Below, piece by piece: positions 1-8,951 of a stretch of 64,000 bases of DNA (position 1 is the first letter of the stretch; each line of letters begins with the position of its first letter). The DNA comes from a virus (taxonomy: Duplodnaviria > Caudoviricetes): positions 2,758 to 66,757 of IMG/VR virus record IMGVR_UViG_3300042691_021640, one strand, 5' to 3'. Below the pieces are notes generated by a model that ran no database searches, was not told the DNA's origin, and was given only the letters and a program-made list of their open reading frames with translations. The translations under genes and the position numbers were made by a program.

Positions 1-2
1 TA

Positions 3-3000
3 GAAAAAGAAATAAAGCAAATACTAATTGAACAAGCAGCAATTTCAGAAAAAATAAAAACAAGTTCAGCAGACATTGGTGCTAGGTTTTTAGCTTCTGG
101 ATTAGGGGTTTCTACTTCTGGCGCTATTACCGGAAGAAGAAGTGCTGGAGGTTATATTCCCGCTAAACAACAAGCTGCTGAAATGGTAGGGGCAATGCAG
201 GGAGGATATGCTCCCGGTAAAGTAGTTGCTGCTCCTAAATCAATTGGTGGAGTAATGAATACTGCCGAGACGGTTAAATATATTCCCGGCTTCGCTCAAC
301 CTTATATTTTGCCTCCTAAAGGTTCTGGCGCAGCACAAGATTTGGCATCAAAGTCGATGGCAAAGAATGGAATTAATCCTTATATGGCTAGAGGATTCGT
401 TCCTAATTTTGCTCCAAAACCCTTAACTAATCCTTCTTATGGAGATAATGATTGGTGGCTTGGATCTGGTTTATCTGCTTCCGTTTCTCTTTCTCAAATT
501 GCAACTGGAACAGCAGCAGCTTGGAGTCAAGACAAAGGTTTTTATAAAACCGATGGTTCTGCTTTTACTGCAAATGATTTAAATACATTTGTTAGAAGAG
601 GAGCTACTTATGGAGATATTAGAAGATATGTTCCAGATAGTATTTTAAAAGATGATCCAAGATGGAAATCTGGAGCTATATCAGATTTAAATGCCATAAG
701 ACGCGACTTTGCTCCCGGAAAGAAAATAGCAGGTCAAGAAAACATCAAAGAAGGAATTAGGCAAGTTTATGAGCCTTATGTTCCTCCTGCTTCAATGCTT
801 GTATTTGATTTAGACGCAAAGAATAAAGAGCTTTTTGCAGATGAAAATACCGGAGAAATATTAACCAAGAGAAAAGAAGACGGAAGAGCTTTTAAGATTA
901 AATCTTATGCTTTAAATTCATCTTCTCAAAATGAAGAGAAGACCAATCTAATTACACAAACAGCAGATTTCTCTCGTAGAGTAACAAAGCAACTCGCTAA
1001 TTACATTAGACCCGGAGAATATTCGGATGGTTCTGTTGATGACTTTTTTAATAGAGCGGGTAAAAATTATTCTGTTCTTGCTGGCACTATTTTCGAAGCT
1101 TCTACTAATCTAGCCGCTAATTACACAAGAGATCAAGCTGGTGGCGGTGGTGGGGATTTCGACGTAATTGGAGGAAATATTGGAAATGTAAGACAATTTT
1201 TCCCCGGATTTGGAGACCAGTATGGAGATTATAAATTAAGAAACAATGATGACGCTGTAAGATCGTTTATTGGCAAAGTTAAGAAGCGATTTGCGCCGCA
1301 AATGGCCGAGCATTTTAAAGCTCAAGAAAAAAAGGTAGGTCAACTCAGCACTGGATTTTCAAAAGGTTTTATTCCTAATTTCGCTCCTCAACAAATGGAC
1401 TTTGATTGGTCAGGTGGAGTAGCCCCTGCTCCTGTACCTGTCCCAGTTCAAATTGATGAACCAATGGCAATTGGAGAAAGAAGCGGATCTTCTTTATTCA
1501 TAAAGCCAGACGGAACTTTAAAAGTTTCTTTTTTACGCAGTACAGAAGGAAATCCTTTGTTTTCTATAATCAAAGGTCTTAAGAAGGGCATGATTAAAAA
1601 AATTGATGCTGGTGCTATTATTGGACCTAGAGTTCCAAATCTTATCACTGGATTAAAAAATGTTCTTCCTGATTTAAGAAGAAATAGTCCCTTGATTCCC
1701 TCTTCTATTCCTATTGTAGGAATGTTCTCTCCTAAAGAGTTAATGTCAAATCTTTATAAGGATAGAGCTGAATTACAGTATTCTCTTGATAAAGATTCTT
1801 TAGACCAGATTAATAAATACTTAATTCCAAAAGGATTTGAAGTTCAAAAAGGTGGAGCGCCAAATAGATATGACGACTTTTCAACAATTGATAAATCCAC
1901 TGGACAAGCTGCTACGTTTTATAATTCGGAGGACAATGTGTTTTTGCCAGAGTCTTTTTCGATGAATAGCTACATGCTTAAAAAGATAAAAACCATACCC
2001 GGAGTTAATTTAAATTTAAAGAAGAGAAGAGAAACAGGTTCTTATGGATACAATCGTGAAGATTTTTCAAAATTAAGAAAAGCTTTTGAAGAAATGGGTA
2101 TTTTATCGACTTCTCCAGAAGGTAAAGCTACTTGGCAAAACCTGTCAGATAATGGTTATGGAGAATATGTAAGATTAGAAAATCTTTATCCTAATGGTCT
2201 TTCTAAGGGTTATATTCCCAATTTTAATCCAATTAAAGAAGCGATGGGAAGAGAAATGGCTGCTGGTTATTCTTCTTCTCAAGTTAGAATAGGTCAAAAT
2301 AGTAAATTAAAAACAAGCTTTAACCCAATGGGATTGGGCGTTTATAATTCTACAGAAGGATCTCTTAATAATGGAATTGGTTTGGCAGAGAAAGCTGGTA
2401 TAAATCCCAAAACAAAAGGAATGTCTGCAAGGGGACATATCCCTAATTTTGCTGAATTTGGTGGATTAGATCTTTTTGCTGTGACTAGTTCTCTTGCTGC
2501 ATTGGCATTTAGTGCTAGAGATTTCAACACGACACTTAAAGAATTAAAAAATGGCACAAAACAAGTAATAGACGATAATACAAAAAGCGCAGCTAGTGCC
2601 AGTAATGCAATTAAAAAAGCAAACGATGACTTGGATAAAATTTTAAAAGATCAGAAGGCCGCAGTTAAAAAACAAAATGCAGCAGTTGCCGCTGAAATTA
2701 AAAAAACGTTTTCGAACATTAATCCTACAACTTTAAAAACTATTGGCGGTAAAGGCGCTGTCCCAATGAGTCTTGGCGGTAGTATGCTTACAGCAGCAAA
2801 TACTGCACAAATTCAAAGATTAGAAGAGCTAAGAAAAGAAAAACAAGAAAATGCAAAAAAAAGAAAAGAAACAGAAGACAAAGCTAGAGCAGACAGAGAA
2901 CAGGTAATTAAAGAAAGTCTAGCGACACAAAAAGAAGCAGGTGAAAACATTAAAGCTGCTCAGGCTGGCAAACTTGGAGCAATGCTCTCACGTTTAGGCC

Positions 3001-6000
3001 CATCAGTTGGTATAATTGGTAGCACATTGGCTAACGTTGGCGCTCAATTTGTTCCTGCTGAAAATAAAAAAACACAAGCAGGTTTATCTGGTGCTGGTGA
3101 CGTACTTTCTTTAGCAGGTACTGGCGCAGCATTTGGACCAGTGGGAGCAGCAGTTGGAGGTGTTTTAGGATTGGGAGTAGCAATTAAAAAAATTGCAGAT
3201 GCTGACGCTGAACAGGCTATTGATAAAATAAGCAAAAGCTTAGACATTACAAAAGAAAAGGCTTCTGCTTTTTCTGGCGCTGCTCAGAATTATGCGACTT
3301 CATTAGAAAGTTTGCAGAACGCTCTAAATGATCCTAAAGCTCAACCTCAAGCTTTATTAAAATTCCAAACAGCGATAACTGATTCGCTTTCTTCTATTCC
3401 TGAAGAATTTAGGGGTAAAGTATTGGCCGCAGGAACTGATATTACTAAAGTGTCTGAAGCTATTGCTAAAGTAAATAAAGAATTTGCAATTTCACAAGAA
3501 AATCTAGAAAGACAATTAGCAATTACTAAATTAGTTAATAGTAAAACTGGAATCTTCAGCGGGAATACTTTAAATAAAGCTGATCAAGATCAATTTACTA
3601 GATTATTTACTCAGTCTATTAACCCAGAAAAAATATTGTCTAATTTCAAAGGTGGCGCAGGAGAATTTGAAACTTTCATAAATCAATTAAAGCCTTTGGG
3701 AATTAAGCAAGAAAGCTATAATATTCCGGGCAATCAAATGGGCGCAGCTACAACATACACAGCTTCAGTAGTAAATAAAGAAGCTTTAGCAGATATTAGA
3801 TCTCAACTAGAATCAAAAGGAATCTTTGGTGCAGAAATAGCCGATGCATTTGAAAAGACTTCTAAAGACATTAACCCAAAAAATCTTATAGCTCTTTTTG
3901 ATGCTATTGAAAAATTTGGTAAAGGAGTTTTTAGCGCAAGAGAGGCTGGACAAAATCTTGTAGAAATTCAAAAACAAAACGTTGAAATATCAAGAAAGAG
4001 CGCTCAAGTATTAAAAGATTTAAATCAAAAATACGAAACTCTAAATATTAATCTTTCTAATCAAATTGAAGCTGAAAAAAATAGAGCAGCTACTCTTAGA
4101 GATTTGAAGAAAATCGAAGCAGAAGGCGCAGTACAATTAGGAACCGCTAGAGCAAAAGGGGCATTAAATTTGGTTTCTCCTTTTATGACAGAAAGATCGA
4201 AGTTTGAAGCAGAATCTAATTTAGAAAATATCGCAATTCAAAATAGAATTAATGCTGAAAATAGATCCGTTTTAGATAAAACTTTATCTTCTTTTACAGA
4301 TACTATTACTAAAAAGGCAGATGAAATAAGATCGAAAGCATTGCCATCAATAACAGATTCAAGCAAAACTGAGACAGAAATAACAAAAGAACTAAATGTA
4401 TTTAGCACAAATATTCAAAAAATTTCTCCTTTAATATCTAAGTCTTTACAAGATATAAGTGCTGGTGGCAACATAGAAACAATCAAAGATACTCTGGTTA
4501 AATCAATCACAGACTCGGGAATATTTAAAAAACCAGAAGCTGATTTAATAGCAGGAGAATTGCAAAATACTTTCGAAGGGATGCTTAATGAGTTAATAAA
4601 AATTACTCAACAAGGAGATTACGACAGAGCTATTCAAAAAGTTAGCGCTGATTATCAAAAAAGATCTTTGGCTTTGTCAGAAAAGCTTAGTTTAGCTGGG
4701 GGCGCAGCAGCTTTAGGTTCTACTGGTCAAGTAGGAGTTTCTGAAATGTTTGATAAATTGACTGAGTTAACTTCTCTGCTTGGTAAAAACGTAAGATCAG
4801 GAAATGATATAGAAAAAGGCTCTGGTGTTTTTAGATTATTAGATACTCTTTCTAATCAATTTAATATTAGAGGCGCTGGAATTGGCTCCGAATTAGCTCC
4901 GTTACAAAATATATCAATAAGGGCTAGAGCAGCACAATTGCAAAAAGAAGGAGCAAGAGGCAGAGAATTAACTAATATTGCTTTAATTGAACAAACCGGA
5001 AGAGGAATAGAGGAAGGGGGCGCACTAGACAAGGCGTTTAATAAATTAAGTGAAGATTCACTAAGTGTAGCAATTGATCAAATAACTTCTCAGTTAAAAC
5101 TTGAAAATATGGGTACTTATTTCGATTTATTAGCTCAAGAAAGTCAGTATTTAAATGAGCTAACAAAACAGCAAACAGAGATTTTGGCAAAACAAGCTCC
5201 AGATATTACTAAGACTTTTACAGACGTTACTACTACCCAAGTTGGGGCGAAATTGGAATCTCTTAATATCAATTTAGTTGCCGCATTGAAAGAAATAAAT
5301 GCTACACAAAATAGAATTGAGTTAAATAAAGATATACAAAATTTATTACCTGTTTCGTCTGTTGCGACCCGAGAAGCCGCACTAAAAGAAATTAAAAATA
5401 ATCTTGATCGCTACAACTCTTTTAAATCATTTAATATTTCAGGAGAGAAGTCCTTAGAAGAAAGGCTTTTAACAGGAAATCCTGCTGATAATAGCCCATT
5501 AGAAACAATCGCTGACGAACTCTTAATAATAGCTAGTAATTTCAAAATTCCTGTTGCTAACTTAGTGCTACTCTTTAATAAATTAAATCAAAGTTTTCCC
5601 GGTGGTAATAGTGGAGCTTTTAATGCTTCTGCTTCTTCAGCGGTCTCTTCTAATCAATCACCATATAAATCTTTTGGCTTCGGAGTTCTGCCAACAGGAG
5701 TAGCTCCTATAGCAAAACCTCAACCTTTAATTGAGGCTGAGAAAGCCTTAGCTGAAACTCAACGAAAGATCCAAGAAGCAAAAAATGCTAAAATAGCAGA
5801 GATTAATAAAGTATATAGTGAAGGCAATAAAGCTCTTGCTGATCAGTTATACTTAGAAATGCAAATAAATGATCGCAGAAACGAAATAACGCAACGTTTA
5901 GCATCTAACGAAAGGGAGCTAGACATATTATACAATTCAGAATATGGCGATACTTTCTTCAAAGAAGAAAAAGCAGCCAAAATGAATGCGCGTATAGAAG

Positions 6001-7442
6001 ACAATGCTAGACTTGGAAAAGTCGATATAGGAGCCATAACAGAAAAGAATACAGAGTATAATAGAGCAGATTTTGCCAAAGATACTGGTCAACTAATCGA
6101 TACTTTCCAAACTGATTTCAAGTCTGGAATTGCTAGTGCATTTGGTGAAGCTATCAAAGGCACAAAGACTCTAAAGGACGCATTTAGAGACATGTTCCAA
6201 GGCATCTTAAACAGAATGCTTGATAAGTCTTTAGAAATGGGCGTTGATGCTTTATTTGCTTTTGGCAAGTCTTACGCTCAAAGCGCAAAAAATGGAGGCT
6301 TAATTAAAGGCTACAATTCTGGAGGTATGGTCACTGGGGGCTCTGGAATGAAAGATGATGTACCTGCTATGATGAGCGGCGGCGAGTACGTTATCAAGAA
6401 GTCTTCTGTTAATAAATATGGCGCTAATTATCTAAGGGCTTTAAATGGCGGTCTCATTCCTAAATATGCAACTGGAGGATTCTCTATAGGCCCATTGCAG
6501 AATGAATTCTTATACAATGATCCTGAGCGCCCAACTTCTGGAGAATACGCAGTAGACTCTAGATTGTCAGCAATGGCTCTCTCTGACGAAAACAATCCTC
6601 AAAATAGAATAAGAGAAGATCGTTTTAATAAGTTAGATCAATACTTACAAGACCGAGATCAATTCGAAAGAGATAAAAAACAATCTCTTAAGAATTATAG
6701 AAATCAAGTAAATAGCACTTTCTATTCAGGTCTAACTGCTGCCGCTGTCCAATTAGGTGCTGCTGGATTGACAATGGGAGCGCAAAAATTAAATGCAAAG
6801 CCCAAGTTTTCTAATATTCCCGGAGCAGGATTAGAACCCGGAGGTGCAGGATTTAGTCAAGATCAATTAAATGCTCAATACGCAAGATATGGAAGAGCAA
6901 ATGGCGGTTATATACCTAAATTTGCTGGCGGTGGATACACAGGCAAAGACAATATCCCTGCCTTATTAATGGGTGGCGAGTACGTTATGAATAAAAAAGC
7001 TGTCGATATGTACGGCAGAGACTTCATGGGTCAATTGAACTCTGGCAGTCTTCCTAAGTATGCTAGTGGAGGGATGGTTGGTACAAGTTACACTGGTCAA
7101 AATACTCCTCAAGACAGTGTAGAAGAATTGGTCGCTGCTCTCAATACTTTAAATGAAAACCTTTCAAAGGACACAGGAATAACTCAATCTGAGTCTGGCA
7201 AAATTTCAGCCGCTGGAGTCACTCAAGAATCTGGAATGTCTGTAGTAAATAACATTTCAATCAACATGACTCAAGGCGGAGAAGTTACTTCTGAGGCTAC
7301 TGCTTCTACCCAGCAAGGTAAAGATGCCAATCAAAACAACATTCAAAACAATGCCAAACTTGCTGAATTACTTAGAAGCAAAGTTGTTGAAGTCTTGGTT
7401 GAGCAAAAGAGACCCGGAGGGTTACTTTACGCTAGTAGATAA
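3..7442 (+). CDS. Tail tape-measure protein, 5'-truncated (frame open from the window start; at least 2479 aa)
   Basis: Frame has no stop from nt 3 (EKEIKQIL...) into the listed ATG at 183. Long A/K/E-rich helical body with a Gly/Ala-rich hydrophobic stretch (GAAFGPVGAAVGGVLGLG). Two C-terminal copies of the TMP-type motif D.(V/I)PA.(M/L).GGEYV....V..YG. Repeated G(F/Y/H)(I/V)PNF and GG.IPK(Y/F)A.GG motifs. Lies next to tail-tip genes. Confidence 0.88.
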   Translation, partial: EKEIKQILIEQAAISEKIKTSSADIGARFLASGLGVSTSGAITGRRSAGGYIPAKQQAAEMVGAMQGGYAPGKVVAAPKSIGGVMNTAETVKYIPGFAQPYILPPKGSGAAQDLASKSMAKNGINPYMARGFVPNFAPKPLTNPSYGDNDWWLGSGLSASVSLSQIATGTAAAWSQDKGFYKTDGSAFTANDLNTFVRRGATYGDIRRYVPDSILKDDPRWKSGAISDLNAIRRDFAPGKKIAGQENIKEGIRQVYEPYVPPASMLVFDLDAKNKELFADENTGEILTKRKEDGRAFKIKSYALNSSSQNEEKTNLITQTADFSRRVTKQLANYIRPGEYSDGSVDDFFNRAGKNYSVLAGTIFEASTNLAANYTRDQAGGGGGDFDVIGGNIGNVRQFFPGFGDQYGDYKLRNNDDAVRSFIGKVKKRFAPQMAEHFKAQEKKVGQLSTGFSKGFIPNFAPQQMDFDWSGGVAPAPVPVPVQIDEPMAIGERSGSSLFIKPDGTLKVSFLRSTEGNPLFSIIKGLKKGMIKKIDAGAIIGPRVPNLITGLKNVLPDLRRNSPLIPSSIPIVGMFSPKELMSNLYKDRAELQYSLDKDSLDQINKYLIPKGFEVQKGGAPNRYDDFSTIDKSTGQAATFYNSEDNVFLPESFSMNSYMLKKIKTIPGVNLNLKKRRETGSYGYNREDFSKLRKAFEEMGILSTSPEGKATWQNLSDNGYGEYVRLENLYPNGLSKGYIPNFNPIKEAMGREMAAGYSSSQVRIGQNSKLKTSFNPMGLGVYNSTEGSLNNGIGLAEKAGINPKTKGMSARGHIPNFAEFGGLDLFAVTSSLAALAFSARDFNTTLKELKNGTKQVIDDNTKSAASASNAIKKANDDLDKILKDQKAAVKKQNAAVAAEIKKTFSNINPTTLKTIGGKGAVPMSLGGSMLTAANTAQIQRLEELRKEKQENAKKRKETEDKARADREQVIKESLATQKEAGENIKAAQAGKLGAMLSRLGPSVGIIGSTLANVGAQFVPAENKKTQAGLSGAGDVLSLAGTGAAFGPVGAAVGGVLGLGVAIKKIADADAEQAIDKISKSLDITKEKASAFSGAAQNYATSLESLQNALNDPKAQPQALLKFQTAITDSLSSIPEEFRGKVLAAGTDITKVSEAIAKVNKEFAISQENLERQLAITKLVNSKTGIFSGNTLNKADQDQFTRLFTQSINPEKILSNFKGGAGEFETFINQLKPLGIKQESYNIPGNQMGAATTYTASVVNKEALADIRSQLESKGIFGAEIADAFEKTSKDINPKNLIALFDAIEKFGKGVFSAREAGQNLVEIQKQNVEISRKSAQVLKDLNQKYETLNINLSNQIEAEKNRAATLRDLKKIEAEGAVQLGTARAKGALNLVSPFMTERSKFEAESNLENIAIQNRINAENRSVLDKTLSSFTDTITKKADEIRSKALPSITDSSKTETEITKELNVFSTNIQKISPLISKSLQDISAGGNIETIKDTLVKSITDSGIFKKPEADLIAGELQNTFEGMLNELIKITQQGDYDRAIQKVSADYQKRSLALSEKLSLAGGAAALGSTGQVGVSEMFDKLTELTSLLGKNVRSGNDIEKGSGVFRLLDTLSNQFNIRGAGIGSELAPLQNISIRARAAQLQKEGARGRELTNIALIEQTGRGIEEGGALDKAFNKLSEDSLSVAIDQITSQLKLENMGTYFDLLAQESQYLNELTKQQTEILAKQAPDITKTFTDVTTTQVGAKLESLNINLVAALKEINATQNRIELNKDIQNLLPVSSVATREAALKEIKNNLDRYNSFKSFNISGEKSLEERLLTGNPADNSPLETIADELLIIASNFKIPVANLVLLFNKLNQSFPGGNSGAFNASASSAVSSNQSPYKSFGFGVLPTGVAPIAKPQPLIEAEKALAETQRKIQEAKNAKIAEINKVYSEGNKALADQLYLEMQINDRRNEITQRLASNERELDILYNSEYGDTFFKEEKAAKMNARIEDNARLGKVDIGAITEKNTEYNRADFAKDTGQLIDTFQTDFKSGIASAFGEAIKGTKTLKDAFRDMFQGILNRMLDKSLEMGVDALFAFGKSYAQSAKNGGLIKGYNSGGMVTGGSGMKDDVPAMMSGGEYVIKKSSVNKYGANYLRALNGGLIPKYATGGFSIGPLQNEFLYNDPERPTSGEYAVDSRLSAMALSDENNPQNRIREDRFNKLDQYLQDRDQFERDKKQSLKNYRNQVNSTFYSGLTAAAVQLGAAGLTMGAQKLNAKPKFSNIPGAGLEPGGAGFSQDQLNAQYARYGRANGGYIPKFAGGGYTGKDNIPALLMGGEYVMNKKAVDMYGRDFMGQLNSGSLPKYASGGMVGTSYTGQNTPQDSVEELVAALNTLNENLSKDTGITQSESGKISAAGVTQESGMSVVNNISINMTQGGEVTSEATASTQQGKDANQNNIQNNAKLAELLRSKVVEVLVEQKRPGGLLYASR

Positions 7443-8249
7443 TTCTTTAATCTTAGAGTCTATAGTCAGTATAGCCTGATTATAGATTTGCTCTATGTTG
7501 CTGTCTTTAGCTAGAGGAAGATTTAGAAATGGAGTCTTTTCTACTTTTACAATGAAGGGATGACTTGAGTATTCTTTATTTATTGGTTTATTTAAAGTAA
7601 TACGATATCTCTTTATGTATATTTCGCCACAGAGGAAAGGGTCTTTAATCTTTTCGTTTAAATCTGCGATTATAGATGAACCTTCGTGCTTAACATCTAG
7701 TACAGAAAAGAACTTGAGTTCTTTATTATTGTTTTTGCCCAAGATTACAGAAAGCTTGGCTCCTTTGCCAGAGCCGCCTTCTATTTCTGCTTCATTAAAA
7801 TTTTGGCAAAATTTGCCTTTACTAATTAGATTTAATTCTAAGATGCCGCCATTAGAGTCTATAGAGACAACCTTAAATAAAGCTTTTTCTTTCTTATCTA
7901 AGCTATTCTCAAAATAAGAACTATTAGAAAGACTAACTATTTCATTGACTTTATATCCACTACCTTTCTCAATAACATCGTTAACAAGCGCAACATAATA
8001 AGTTTTAAAATAGCAATCAATAGTATCACCATCTAATACCAAGTCTTTTGCATTAGAATCAAATTTAATCCTTGACTCAGAGACGACAGAGAATGGTTTA
8101 TTGTAATTAATAGAATTAATACGAACAGCAGAGAACTTCTCTGGACTACCCATTATTTCAATTTCTTGGCCTGAATTAATAGAAGACCAGTTGGCTAAAT
8201 TATTTGAATAAAAATGCTCGTCACCGAAACAAAACAACACATCTGTCAT
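7422..8249 (-). CDS. Hypothetical tail-associated protein (275 aa)
   Basis: Last gene of the tail-tip operon. Carries GSGY..NE and GGSGKGAKLSV motifs like the Gly-rich beta repeats of virion proteins. Confidence 0.5.
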   Translation of the reverse strand: MTDVLFCFGDEHFYSNNLANWSSINSGQEIEIMGSPEKFSAVRINSINYNKPFSVVSESRIKFDSNAKDLVLDGDTIDCYFKTYYVALVNDVIEKGSGYKVNEIVSLSNSSYFENSLDKKEKALFKVVSIDSNGGILELNLISKGKFCQNFNEAEIEGGSGKGAKLSVILGKNNNKELKFFSVLDVKHEGSSIIADLNEKIKDPFLCGEIYIKRYRITLNKPINKEYSSHPFIVKVEKTPFLNLPLAKDSNIEQIYNQAILTIDSKIKELSTSVK

Positions 8250-8251
8250 AT

Positions 8252-8950
8252 TTACATTATATTGCCAATCACTGCTTTTACAATAGGATGTTTTGCGTTT
8301 TCTGCTTCGTATCCGCTAATTTTAATCTCTGGATCTGAAATATAACCACTACCTAGCTTTTCCATTGTTATTGAAAGAAGCTCTCCTTTTGATCCTCTAA
8401 TAGCATGAGCAGAAGCAGTTATTCCATAATTAAACTCACTTTCTTCAGGTTGAGCTATAGTAACAGAAGGCACAGGTTCTGAACAACCATAACCGGGGTC
8501 AATGATTTGTATGTCTACTATATTATAAAAAGCGTTAAACTTATTGATCTTTTCGCAGTCATGAATGTGATGCATCTCTGTTCTGCAAGAGAGTTCTCTT
8601 AAGAAGTTTTTATTCTTTTTAATGATCTCTGTTTGTTTGTTATTAGGGGTCTCTAATGATATGATAAAATCAATATCAAGCTTTTGCAGTAAAGCGTTTC
8701 TTTTAGAAGTGAATTCTTTTACTTTTTTATTGATAAGCTCTTCTTTTTTCCATATTGAATTACCATCAGGTAAAAATTTTCTATGTTCTAGTACGCTTTG
8801 ATCAATGTGTTTTTCTAATGGTACAATATAATCGACTACTTCATAGTCTACTCCTACAAGATGAAGCTTGTTTAGGTTATCCATTAAGTTAAGAGAAGAC
8901 TGCAAGTATTTGTAGCCGCCGTTTATAAAATATACTATATAGTGTTTCAT
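8252..8950 (-). CDS. Hypothetical tail-associated or fibre-assembly-like protein (232 aa)
   Basis: Directly downstream of gpJ. Helical KRNALLQKLD segment plus C-terminal DPGYG...SVTI and GSGYISDPEIKI repeats. Confidence 0.45.
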   Translation of the reverse strand: MKHYIVYFINGGYKYLQSSLNLMDNLNKLHLVGVDYEVVDYIVPLEKHIDQSVLEHRKFLPDGNSIWKKEELINKKVKEFTSKRNALLQKLDIDFIISLETPNNKQTEIIKKNKNFLRELSCRTEMHHIHDCEKINKFNAFYNIVDIQIIDPGYGCSEPVPSVTIAQPEESEFNYGITASAHAIRGSKGELLSITMEKLGSGYISDPEIKISGYEAENAKHPIVKAVIGNIM

Positions 8951-8951
8951 T

